Positions 32,903 through 41,335 of a stretch of 41,335 bases of DNA are shown here, in pieces. Source of the stretch: a virus (Duplodnaviria; Caudoviricetes). How positions within the stretch are numbered: position 1 is the stretch's first letter; each line of letters starts with the position of its first letter. Below the pieces are notes generated by a model. That model was not told where the DNA came from, did not search any database, and was given only the letters and a program-made list of their open reading frames with translations. The position numbers and the translations under genes are program-made. The stretch lies in IMG/VR virus record IMGVR_UViG_3300042559_000133, positions 1-41,335 of that record; one strand, 5' to 3'.

Positions 32903-33642
32903 GAGAACAGCCTTTTGACTTCTGCAAAGTTTTTGACCCAGCGCGACTGGTCCATGAGCTCAGACAGCTGCAGCCGATCCTTGGGCTGCGCATCGCGGCA
33001 CACCATGTCCGGCTGATCCTTCGGCACAAGGACGTACTGCGCGATCGGAGTGCCGGCCCTGATCAGCGTCTTGCCATTCATCACATGCCATAGCAGCTGC
33101 ACGTTCATCGTGGCCGGCCCAGCCTCGCGGAAGAAGTAGCCAGACACTGTGGTGAATCGACTGTCGTCCGACAGTGCCACCGGCATCTCGAGCAGGTAGT
33201 AGCCCTTCGGCACATTGCAGCGCCAGCCGGTGTGAATCTTGACGACGGTGCGCAGCGTGTCGGTGGGCCAGTCTTCAAAGTAGTCAGCCAGCTGCGCTGC
33301 TGGGTGGAAGCCGACGGCGTCGCCACCGATGGCACTGGGCGATCGCCAGGTAAAGCTCTGGCCGTCGCCATTTGTTTCGATCTCGATGTCTTGCCAGGTG
33401 CGCAGAATCCAGCCGTGCCGCTGCAGCGTGAATACACCAGGGCAGCGTGCCGTGTGGACCATGCGCTGATGGCGCCAGTTCGGGTCCTTGCGCACCTCGG
33501 CAAAGTCAGCCACCGCACGGTCGACCCACTGGTGACGATGCTGCCTGGAATCGATCATCGGCATGAGCTCGGCCACGCCATCAATGACGTTGACGAACTC
33601 GATCGGCGGCCTGCGACTAAACAGCATGCGCCACCTCTTCAA
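32899..33642 (-). CDS. Conserved phage protein (DUF6065-like), 247 aa
   Basis: RCPGV...GWILRTWQDI...KIHTGW...PKGY...IRAGTPIAQ motifs. Confidence 0.6.
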   Translation of the reverse strand: MKRWRMLFSRRPPIEFVNVIDGVAELMPMIDSRQHRHQWVDRAVADFAEVRKDPNWRHQRMVHTARCPGVFTLQRHGWILRTWQDIEIETNGDGQSFTWRSPSAIGGDAVGFHPAAQLADYFEDWPTDTLRTVVKIHTGWRCNVPKGYYLLEMPVALSDDSRFTTVSGYFFREAGPATMNVQLLWHVMNGKTLIRAGTPIAQYVLVPKDQPDMVCRDAQPKDRLQLSELMDQSRWVKNFAEVKRLFS

Positions 33643-34204
33643 AGCAGGCAGCCACCTGGTCGAATGGCATGTCCATGTAGGCCTGAACGATCAGCCGCAC
33701 GCCGTCGTTCTGCGGCACGTACTGCCAGCCATCTGACCTGTCATCGCCATCGATCGATACTGAATGCGGCTGCCGCGTGTTGAGCAGCCACACATCGCCT
33801 GGCTGCGCAGTGAACGATTCGACCTTGCTGATCTTCTCCGGGTTGACGTTGCAGTATCCGTGGCCATTGTCAGTGGACCAGCGATCATCACGCTCAATCT
33901 CACCTTCCCAGAAGGATGTGATCTCTCCCGCTGTGGCCTGATAGAAGTTGATGACGCACTGCTCTTCAAGATGAATGTGTGGTGCAAGCAAGCGGATTTC
34001 AGAAAAGTTGACGCCCAGCAAATATGGTTTCAGCTGCTCAGGCAATGCGTCTCGGACAAGCTCGACTTGTTTGCGAGGCAGGTACTTGCGCACAACGGCA
34101 TGCTTGTCATACCCATCCCATATTCCATGACGCCCCAAGACGACCGACGCCTTACCGATCAAAGACAGATCAGCAGTGAAGTCGATTTTCTTGGCGTGCT
34201 TCAT
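33617..34204 (-). CDS. 2OG-Fe(II) oxygenase-like protein, 195 aa
   Basis: APHIH...VINFY...GDVWLLNTRQPHSV...R; ATGA coupling at 34204. Confidence 0.7.
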   Translation of the reverse strand: MKHAKKIDFTADLSLIGKASVVLGRHGIWDGYDKHAVVRKYLPRKQVELVRDALPEQLKPYLLGVNFSEIRLLAPHIHLEEQCVINFYQATAGEITSFWEGEIERDDRWSTDNGHGYCNVNPEKISKVESFTAQPGDVWLLNTRQPHSVSIDGDDRSDGWQYVPQNDGVRLIVQAYMDMPFDQVAACFEEVAHAV

Positions 34205-34680
34205 TTGAACAGGAGGCCGTAGCACTTGGAATCGCCGACAACAATCTTGTCCTGTGACTTGATGCCAATCTGCATAGGACCGGAAAACTTGCGGCCATCG
34301 ATGAACAGCGATCCGTCGCACAAGAACAGAGTCGTGCCGGCCGGCATGGTGATCTGCTCGCCTGCGGCCAGCTCCCATGTCTCCATCACTGGCGTGTAGT
34401 TTCGATTGATCGCCGGGTCAAAGCAGAAGACAACCGTCTCGCCCACTGCGGTGTGCCGGAAGACGCCAGGCACATAATCGCCTGGCCGAGATACGAATCC
34501 AGTCGGAAAATCGATCCACTCAGAATCCGTGGATACATTCCAATTTGTGAATGCGCCTTTGGCCCAGTACATTGTGAACGCATGGCCAGGCATTATCGTG
34601 GCATCAAACGTCTCGCCGTCCTTGTAGACGTTGCGCACCAGTACGTGACCGAATGCGGCGTATGCTTTTTGCGCCGGCAT
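34201..34680 (-). CDS. Hypothetical beta-rich (possibly cupin-like) protein, 159 aa
   Basis: Closely packed ORF in the tail-distal cluster; no clear catalytic motif. Confidence 0.68.
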   Translation of the reverse strand: MPAQKAYAAFGHVLVRNVYKDGETFDATIMPGHAFTMYWAKGAFTNWNVSTDSEWIDFPTGFVSRPGDYVPGVFRHTAVGETVVFCFDPAINRNYTPVMETWELAAGEQITMPAGTTLFLCDGSLFIDGRKFSGPMQIGIKSQDKIVVGDSKCYGLLFK

Positions 34681-34682
34681 GA

Positions 34683-35033
34683 TCAGAGCTCCACGATGTC
34701 GTTGACTTCGTCAGACCCTGGCACGTTGATCAGGTCGGATACCGCGTAGGTTTCCTCCTGGCCCACCATGTCGCGCAAGGCATCGGTCCTGGTGGGGTCG
34801 GCATCGATCCACTCTTTGAGCCTTTGCTGATCGGCGATGTAGATGCCAGAGGCGGCGATGCGCCGCTTGATCTCATCCGGGTCGGTGATGTCTGGCCACA
34901 TCACCGCTGGCTGATAAGCGAGCGGCGGGTAGTGTGATGGATCGCTGTGCGCAGTCTCATCCGAGGCAAACGAAACCAACAGCGACTTGCTGTTTTCGTC
35001 GAATCCTACGATCTTCATTTTGAGTGTGTTCAT
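34683..35033 (-). CDS. Hypothetical protein, possible fibre assembly chaperone, 116 aa
   Basis: GGAG RBS; directly after the adhesin gene. Confidence 0.7.
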   Translation of the reverse strand: MNTLKMKIVGFDENSKSLLVSFASDETAHSDPSHYPPLAYQPAVMWPDITDPDEIKRRIAASGIYIADQQRLKEWIDADPTRTDALRDMVGQEETYAVSDLINVPGSDEVNDIVEL

Positions 35034-35049
35034 TGTGTTGCTCCACTAA

Positions 35050-35964
35050 TTAAGCGACGCCACCAATTCGCGTGCCATTTACTATCCATGTGACGTTTGC
35101 GTTGCCCACAATATAGTTGCCAGCTGCGCCACCACCAGCAGCTGCTCCGCGAACGGTCGCTGCACCTGTCGTTCCGCTTGATCCTGCTGCTCCAAGTGCA
35201 CCGCCTGCTCCGCCGGCGCCAGCAGAATCTGCTGCGGCTCCGCCGGCGCCGCCTGTTGTAGCTGCTCCTGCCGCACCAGTATTGCCAGAGTTGGCACCAC
35301 CACCGCCAGCTGCGCCGACAATGGTTCCTGCACCACCGCCACCGCCACCACCACCTCGGCTTACCGTCGACGCTGTTTTGCCAGAGCCTACTGTGTATCG
35401 ACGACCAGAACCGCCGCCGCCACCACCACCACCACCAGCGATTGTTCCGTTGTTTGCGACACTTGTTGCAAAGCTCACACTTAATGCAGCACCACCTTGT
35501 CCGCCTGCAACAGCATTGACTGGTGTTACTGCGTTCGAGCCAGTGCCACCTGGGCCACCGGCACCTCTGATCGTTCCATTGTTTGTGACGGCTACTGTGT
35601 CGCCGGAAGCAAAGCCTGTCACCGTCATCGCTGGGTTAGCCTGTGATGCACTACCCACTACGACGCCAGAACCGATTGTGACCGTGACGTCTGTGTAGCC
35701 GGCAAAGTAGGCAGAGCCCAGCGCTGTCTTGACGTCGTAATTGTTTGTGTTTGCTGCAATCGTCAGGCTGTTCACAGAGCGCAGCTGCGCGTTGTAGAAG
35801 TTGTTGAACGACACTGCACCAGACGTCGGCACGTTGACGTTCTGCGGCGAGTTGGCCACCCTGCCGCCGCCGCGGTAATACTGCGACAGGGAATAGGGAG
35901 CCGAGCCGAGAAACTCGACACCGATCTGATCGATGGCTAATTGGCCAGACGATGGCAACGGCAT
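35050..35964 (-). CDS. Glycine-rich tail-fibre tip/adhesin, 304 aa
   Basis: MPLPSSG...SLSQYYRGG...VPTSGAVSFNNFY attachment motif, then NNGTI-GGGGGG repeats resembling gp38-type adhesins. Confidence 0.78.
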   Translation of the reverse strand: MPLPSSGQLAIDQIGVEFLGSAPYSLSQYYRGGGRVANSPQNVNVPTSGAVSFNNFYNAQLRSVNSLTIAANTNNYDVKTALGSAYFAGYTDVTVTIGSGVVVGSASQANPAMTVTGFASGDTVAVTNNGTIRGAGGPGGTGSNAVTPVNAVAGGQGGAALSVSFATSVANNGTIAGGGGGGGGGSGRRYTVGSGKTASTVSRGGGGGGGGAGTIVGAAGGGGANSGNTGAAGAATTGGAGGAAADSAGAGGAGGALGAAGSSGTTGAATVRGAAAGGGAAGNYIVGNANVTWIVNGTRIGGVA

Positions 35965-35965
35965 G

Positions 35966-37477
35966 TCAGCCTCTCCGCTTCAGCTCATTGACTTCTGCAG
36001 ATAGCTCCTTCACGGCCTCGATCAGAACCGCCACCATGCGGTCATACTTCACCGCAAGCGTGCCATCCTCGCGTGTGGCGACGATCTCAGGCAGAACTGC
36101 CTGGACGTCCTGGGCAATCACACCCACATCTGCGCGACGATTGAAGTAGCTGTCTTCGCCTCCATGATGATCCAGGTATTCCTGGGTCCAGTTGAAGCGA
36201 ACGCCATTGAGCTGACCGACGATTGCAAGCGCACCATCAATCACGCGTACATTTTCTTTAAGACGACGGTCTGAACTGAAGAAGCCAGTGATGTTGCCGG
36301 TCGCGCGAATCTCACCCGCCGTGCCGGACGCCGCTGTGCCGATACCGATCGACGCATGCTGCACGTTGCTCGCGTCACCCACACCCAGGTTGGTCCTGGC
36401 TGTCGATACGCTGGGAAGGTCTGACAGGTTTTGTGACTTGGCCAGGAACGTCGTGCCCTGGGTGTAGGCGTCCACCCAGCTGGTGCCGGTGTAGACCTTC
36501 ATCGCGCCGGTGGCGCTGTTGAAATACAACATGCCAGCAGCCAGCGGATTGCCGTCGTTGTCGACAGTCGGGTCGCTGGTCTTGACGCCCAGGTAGCGGT
36601 CGTCGAAGCTGTCGTATGCAGCCAGGGTTGCATCGCGTGCAGACTCGGCTGCTGCCTGGGCAAGCGATGCGGCAGACGATGAGTTGGCCGCCGAGGTTGC
36701 TGACGCCGCCGCCGCGTTCTTGCTCGACAGCGCATCAAGCGCGTAATACTTGGCGCTGTACTCACCGCCGGACACGACGCCGGATGTCTTGTAGGCCCAG
36801 TCAGCGGCGATCAGAGCAGACGAAGCAGCAGCTGTCTGACTCGAGCTCGCAGACGATGCGGAGGTCGATGCCGCGCTGGCGCTTGCAGCAGCGGCGGATT
36901 GACTCGACGCAGCTGCAGTCTGGCTTGCGGACGCAGCTGATGCAGACGAACTGGCTGCACTGGCGCTCGATGATGCAGCCGACGCACTGGTGCCGGCGCT
37001 TGATGCAGACGCGACCGCCTCATCTCGCGCATCGAACAGCTCTTCGGTCAGCTCATCACCTGTGGTGGTCGAAGAGATACGGACCTTCACGGCGCGCGAG
37101 ACTTGCTCGCCTAACTGCTGGGTCAGGATCGTGAGCTTGTCCAGGGCATTGGTGATGACCTTCGGATAGAAGCCGCCCTGGTTGGTCAGGTCCGTGCCCT
37201 GCAATGCAGGCACGTCCGTGGTCATGGTGAGCTTGAAGCCTGAAGCCAAGTTGCCGGCGACCAGCGTCACGCTGCCGCCAGGACTCGAATCCTGGTCAGC
37301 ATTCAGGCTGACCGTGTAGTCGGTCGTCAGCGCCAGGTTGGTTTCATCACCTGTCGGGCTGGTTCTGACGACCAGCAAATCGCTGGCCTGAAACACCTTG
37401 AAGGTGAACGGAAACGTGGCCACCAGACCTGTGCCGGTAAATGGGCCCGCCTTCCGGGTATCGGATGAAATTGTCAC
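35966..37477 (-). CDS. Tail fibre with C-terminal S74 intramolecular chaperone, 503 aa
   Basis: AGPFTG.G...FPFTFKVF anchor, Ala/Ser-rich shaft, FDDRYLG, SDRRLKEN...GVIAQD...LIEAVKEL; AGGAG RBS. Confidence 0.88.
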   Translation of the reverse strand: MTISSDTRKAGPFTGTGLVATFPFTFKVFQASDLLVVRTSPTGDETNLALTTDYTVSLNADQDSSPGGSVTLVAGNLASGFKLTMTTDVPALQGTDLTNQGGFYPKVITNALDKLTILTQQLGEQVSRAVKVRISSTTTGDELTEELFDARDEAVASASSAGTSASAASSSASAASSSASAASASQTAAASSQSAAAASASAASTSASSASSSQTAAASSALIAADWAYKTSGVVSGGEYSAKYYALDALSSKNAAAASATSAANSSSAASLAQAAAESARDATLAAYDSFDDRYLGVKTSDPTVDNDGNPLAAGMLYFNSATGAMKVYTGTSWVDAYTQGTTFLAKSQNLSDLPSVSTARTNLGVGDASNVQHASIGIGTAASGTAGEIRATGNITGFFSSDRRLKENVRVIDGALAIVGQLNGVRFNWTQEYLDHHGGEDSYFNRRADVGVIAQDVQAVLPEIVATREDGTLAVKYDRMVAVLIEAVKELSAEVNELKRRG

Positions 37478-37504
37478 GGATTAGCTCCTAGCAGCACTGC
37501 TGAA

Positions 37505-37537
37505 AGTTTCATGGAAATTGTTGTTGATACGCGCACC
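37505..37537 (-). promoter_or_regulatory. Putative late promoter GGTGCGCGTA-N17-GAAACT
   Basis: Intergenic, upstream of the tail fibre gene; same spacing as the other copies. Confidence 0.6.
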
Positions 37538-37538
37538 A

Positions 37539-40500
37539 TCATTTGCTCTCCTGGTAGCCAAAGATGATGGCCGCTGGGTTGCTGGTGTCGCCTTCGTTCA
37601 GCGCTTGCGCACCAGTGATCATTCGATTGATCTGTGCCGATGGCAGGCGCAGGAAGTCGCCCAGGAAGTTGATGCTGGCTTTGCGCAGGGCGTCGTCCGC
37701 CTCCCCCTGACCAATCTGCTTGGCCAGCTTCATGGTGTCCGGGATGATGCGCACACCGGCCGGACCGGAGTAGTCGCCGCTCGGCTTGCCGCGCACCGCG
37801 TCAACGATCGGGCTGATCTCACGAAGACCAAAGAACATGCCCAAAAGGAAACTGACGTGCTCTTTGAGAATGGTCATGAAGGCGTTGTCCTCATCCCAGT
37901 CGTCCGCGTCACCTGGCACTACGGCATCGCGCAGTGCCTTGGTCAGGACGGCCGGCACGGTGATCAGCAGCAGGTACTCCACAGCCAGGGATGCCGAGGA
38001 CGCGCCTCGAGCGTTCTTGGTCATGGTGCGTTCTACGGTCATGTTCAGCGCCGCGTTCATGAACGTGTAGAACGTCGTGAACAGTTTCAGCGCTGGACCG
38101 CCACGCTCGATGGCCGACAGGTCCTTGGTCGAGCCGCCAGCCTGGGCATCGATCACCGCCTGGTCAGCCAGGGCAACCGCCCGCTCCTGATCGTTGCCCT
38201 CGCCGATTGCCTTCTCATAGCCGCCCCACCACGTTGGCAAATCCACCATGCGTTGAGCTGCCAGCATCAGTGCATACGCAGAAGAATCGATGGCCTCACG
38301 CACCTTACCCTGCCCTTTGACCTGGTTGCGCAGCTCGGCCAGCTCACGCATGCGAGTCATGCTTCGCGTGCGCATGAAGTCGGACATCTGGTTGACTTCG
38401 CTGTTGAGCTCCATCGGGTTTGCAATCAGCTTTTTCAGGCCGACGCCAACATACTTGGGACCGATGCGCACGATCGACTGCGTGATGCCGATCGGCTGAA
38501 TCAGCGCTGAGATCACGTTGATGCCAAGGCCTGCCACCGAGACGCCCTGGCGCATCCAGGCGAGTGCCTTCTCGCCGGCGCGCATGGCCTTGCTGTCGCC
38601 TGCAACCGTGTCCTCGATCCAGCTGGTGAACTGCTTGTGGGCGTAGTCGCCATAGTGATCGCGCATGGCGCTGGAAATCTTGGTGTCCTTGACGATCTTG
38701 TTGGCGTCGATCACCCACTCATGCCACGACAGATCGTGGATGACTTCGTTGATACCCTTGTAGATACCGTCCAGGGTATAGAGCAGCGGCCTGCCCTCGA
38801 CCACGTCGACACGCTCCTTGGTGAAACTGCGACGGGTCGTGGTGGCAATGTAGGCAGCCTGCAGCTTGCGGCGTGCCTCTTCGGCGTCCAGGTCCTGCTC
38901 TGCACGCACAGACGCGCGCGGATCGTAGTTGACCGGATAGTAGCCACCACGCAGGCTCAGGACCTCGTTGTCCGCCGTGTGCACGTCCATCGGCATCGGC
39001 TCGATCCACTTCGGCTCTTTGCCATAGATGCGACGCTCCTTCTCCGCAATCATCGGCCGGTAGGACTCGAAGTAATCCCAGACGCCCTGGACAAACTTCC
39101 AGTCAGCCGAGGTCAGCGTGTCGAGCACTGGCTTGATCTTGTCCAGCGTCCAGCCCTCGCCGCCCAGCAGGCGCTGCATGTTGGACTCGTTGCCCATGTT
39201 CAGCGCCATGGCCAGGCGCTGCTCTTTGTTCAGGCTCATGCCAATCGACGGGAAGAACGTGCCCTTGCCGCCCAGCTTGCCTTCCTGGCGCACTGGTGCC
39301 ATGAGCTCCATCAGCTCCTTGGTAGCCTTCGCGCGCATGACCGTTTCCTGGTCGCCGGCTTTGTTGGCCGTGCGGATCAGGTACTCCCACACAGGGCCGC
39401 CATCCTTGCCGCCGTCCATGATGCGGGCCCAGGTGGCCGCTTTGATGTGTGCAGCAAAGAAGTTCTTCATGGCCAGCAGAGACTCACCCAGGAGCGTCGC
39501 CGGGGTGCGGTTCTGCACCTCACGGTCGCCGGCATTCTCGGTGATGCTGTCGACCATGGTCTGGCGAATCTCGTTGAACTCGCGCGCATCCTGGGCTGCC
39601 AGCAGCTTGTTCTTCAGCCGGCCCAGGTGCTCGAGCTGCTCGATGGTGTCGCGCAGGCCGCGCAACTCTTCGATCGTCATGTCCTTGTAGGACTTGCGGA
39701 AGGCCTCGAGCTTAAGCTCTTCGGGGATTGCCGGCTCGATGCCGTCTGCCCGCTGAGATTCCAGCCAGCTGGCCAGGCTCTTGCGCTTGTCGATCGCCTT
39801 CAGGCTGGTGCTCGGCACGAAGTCAAAGCGCTCGAGCATCTGCACGATCTGGTCGTAGTAGTCGACGTCCAGGCTCTTGCTGCGCTTGTTGAACCGGCGG
39901 AAGTAGGCGACTGCCTTGACCGTTTCCTCTTGCGCGGCATAGGCCGCCTTGGCCGTGTACGCGTTGAGAATCTGGTTGCGCTTCTCCTGGGCAGCTGCCT
40001 CGACGTCGTTATTGAAGTGGGCGCGCTCTGCTTCCTTGGCAGCCTTGGCTGCTGCAGCCGCGTACTGCGACGGACGCAGGTTGCGCACCTTTAGCTTGGC
40101 CACGATGTTATCGGCGAACTCACGTGCCGCCTTGGGCAGCACAGCGTAGGTGATCTTGCGGCCCTGGGCATTGACCCGGCCGGTGTCGCCGCGGATGTCC
40201 ATGGCCTTGTCGAGCGCCTTCTGCTCGGTGTGAAGGAATCGCAACATGGCGTCGTTGTGGATCGCCTGGTCTGCTGCGCGCGCGACGCCTTCTGGCGTGG
40301 ACAGCTCGCCATTCTGCTGCAGCATCATGGAATCGGTCAGCGCCTCGATCGCCTCTTTCGGCTTGGTGGCCGATGCCAGCGCTCGCACCAGCTCGTCGCC
40401 GGAGGTGAAGCCAAACAGCTCGGCCACGATGTCTGGGTGGATGCCGTCCTTGGCCGTCATCTTGAGGTCCTTGATGCGCTCGACGATCGCATCGTCAAAA

Positions 40501-41333
40501 CCCATGAACTTCAGAGACGACAGATCGAACCGGCCAGCATTCAACGCGTTGACGTTGACTTGCTCACCAGGCAGCGGGTCAAGGAAGATCGTCGGGTCGA
40601 CCTGGTTGGAATACTGGGTCGCGCCGCGTAGCTCGTCGAAGAACTTCTCCTCGAGCTCGCTCAGGTCATAGCGACCGTTCTCGTCCAGCGTCAGGTAGCC
40701 ATACTGGGCCAGCAGTTGACCCATGCCATCCAGGGTCAGGCCGCCTTCCACGCGCAGCACTGGCTTGCCGAACACCGGCGGGGTGATCCGCTCTTCTACG
40801 CCCCACTCGGATTTCGCCTGGTCCTTCTGAATACCGCCCAGCTTGGCGATCGCTACGAACAGCGAGTCGAGCTCCGGCGTGACTTCGTTCGGGTCAGACT
40901 TGCGAGGCGCCAGCGGTGTGATCTTGTCGTCCGCCTCGATCTTCGCGGTCAGGAACTGCCAGGCGCGATACACAGGCTGCGACATGATCTCGCGTCGAGC
41001 TTCCATCTGCAGAGCCGTGCGCATCTCCTTGACCGTCGCCTGCAGCTCCTTGAGCTTCTTGCTGCGGGCGTTGGACAACCACTTCATGTCCTTCAAGCCG
41101 CGCGCCTGCAGCAGGTCGATGCCCTCCTGCGTCGCAGCCAGGCCGAGTTCGTGGTACGACTTCCAGTCGTCGATGATGCCCTGGGCCGTCTCGGGCGTGA
41201 ACATCGGTCCCATGTTGCGCGCCTGCTCGGCTGCCGTGATCTCTTCGCTGGTAGCCAGCATGCGATCCATGACGCCGCGCACTTCATCGGTGAGCTCGAC
41301 GTTCAGGGACTTCAGGTCCTCGTAAATGCTCAA
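37539..41333 (-). CDS. C-terminal part of the giant ejection protein (true start 5205)
   Basis: In frame with 1-5205 through the terminal repeat; helical; LRGGYYPVNYD and LFTTFYTF motifs of large podovirus ejection proteins. Confidence 0.9.
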   Translation of the reverse strand: MSIYEDLKSLNVELTDEVRGVMDRMLATSEEITAAEQARNMGPMFTPETAQGIIDDWKSYHELGLAATQEGIDLLQARGLKDMKWLSNARSKKLKELQATVKEMRTALQMEARREIMSQPVYRAWQFLTAKIEADDKITPLAPRKSDPNEVTPELDSLFVAIAKLGGIQKDQAKSEWGVEERITPPVFGKPVLRVEGGLTLDGMGQLLAQYGYLTLDENGRYDLSELEEKFFDELRGATQYSNQVDPTIFLDPLPGEQVNVNALNAGRFDLSSLKFMGFDDAIVERIKDLKMTAKDGIHPDIVAELFGFTSGDELVRALASATKPKEAIEALTDSMMLQQNGELSTPEGVARAADQAIHNDAMLRFLHTEQKALDKAMDIRGDTGRVNAQGRKITYAVLPKAAREFADNIVAKLKVRNLRPSQYAAAAAKAAKEAERAHFNNDVEAAAQEKRNQILNAYTAKAAYAAQEETVKAVAYFRRFNKRSKSLDVDYYDQIVQMLERFDFVPSTSLKAIDKRKSLASWLESQRADGIEPAIPEELKLEAFRKSYKDMTIEELRGLRDTIEQLEHLGRLKNKLLAAQDAREFNEIRQTMVDSITENAGDREVQNRTPATLLGESLLAMKNFFAAHIKAATWARIMDGGKDGGPVWEYLIRTANKAGDQETVMRAKATKELMELMAPVRQEGKLGGKGTFFPSIGMSLNKEQRLAMALNMGNESNMQRLLGGEGWTLDKIKPVLDTLTSADWKFVQGVWDYFESYRPMIAEKERRIYGKEPKWIEPMPMDVHTADNEVLSLRGGYYPVNYDPRASVRAEQDLDAEEARRKLQAAYIATTTRRSFTKERVDVVEGRPLLYTLDGIYKGINEVIHDLSWHEWVIDANKIVKDTKISSAMRDHYGDYAHKQFTSWIEDTVAGDSKAMRAGEKALAWMRQGVSVAGLGINVISALIQPIGITQSIVRIGPKYVGVGLKKLIANPMELNSEVNQMSDFMRTRSMTRMRELAELRNQVKGQGKVREAIDSSAYALMLAAQRMVDLPTWWGGYEKAIGEGNDQERAVALADQAVIDAQAGGSTKDLSAIERGGPALKLFTTFYTFMNAALNMTVERTMTKNARGASSASLAVEYLLLITVPAVLTKALRDAVVPGDADDWDEDNAFMTILKEHVSFLLGMFFGLREISPIVDAVRGKPSGDYSGPAGVRIIPDTMKLAKQIGQGEADDALRKASINFLGDFLRLPSAQINRMITGAQALNEGDTSNPAAIIFGYQESK

Positions 41334-41335
41334 CA
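41082..41335. repeat. Terminal direct repeat, copy 2
   Basis: Matches 1-254 with one mismatch. Confidence 0.97.

Noticed and set aside
36640-37020. Ala/Ser low-complexity run in the fibre (and Gly runs at 35120-35560) as DNA repeat elements
   Set aside because: Explained by protein composition; the codons vary.
35050-37477. BPP-1-like diversity-generating retroelement
   Set aside because: No reverse transcriptase ORF and no template/variable repeat pair seen near the fibre genes.
37539-41333. Independent 1264-aa gene starting at TTG 41333
   Set aside because: The start is an artefact of the window edge; the frame continues via the repeat to ATG 5205.

Overview
The window is a complete, circularly permuted genome of a tailed dsDNA phage with podovirus-type virion genes of the epsilon15/BPP-1 kind. 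Bases 1-254 repeat at 41082-41335 with one synonymous mismatch, giving a unit length of 41,081 bp. The GC-rich codon usage and E. coli-like dif site suggest a beta/gamma-proteobacterial host (inference). Minus strand: Cro-like regulator, primase-helicase, iteron-rich origin, RusA, HTH protein, terminase, portal, head, tail and ejection genes. These include a ~2,915-aa polyvalent ejection protein that crosses the window ends (5205->1 joined to 41081->37539); the ORF track shows only its C-terminal part. Tail fibre/adhesin, 2OG-Fe(II) oxygenase and lysis genes follow. Plus strand: CI-like repressor, then Sak4, DUF669 SSB, lipoprotein, exonuclease, DUF6378, SF2 helicase and small ORFs. I found no integrase, DNA polymerase, reverse transcriptase, tRNA or CRISPR. 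Main find: at the junction of the converging arms is a dif-like site (good XerC arm, exact TGTATA core, degenerate XerD arm). It lies 43 bp upstream of an HTH+DUF3653 (XafT-like) gene whose promoter carries the same operator as the CI/Cro switch. This suggests an integrase-free tailed phage that hijacks host XerCD as the satellite phage TLC-phi does. Other finds: two ADP-ribosyltransferase-like cassettes and an HhH glycosylase-like cassette in the ejection protein, an overprinted small ORF just after the latter, a GGTGCGCGTR-N17-(-10) late-promoter family, and two structured leader RNAs. Family assignments come from motif recognition by eye; no searches were run.
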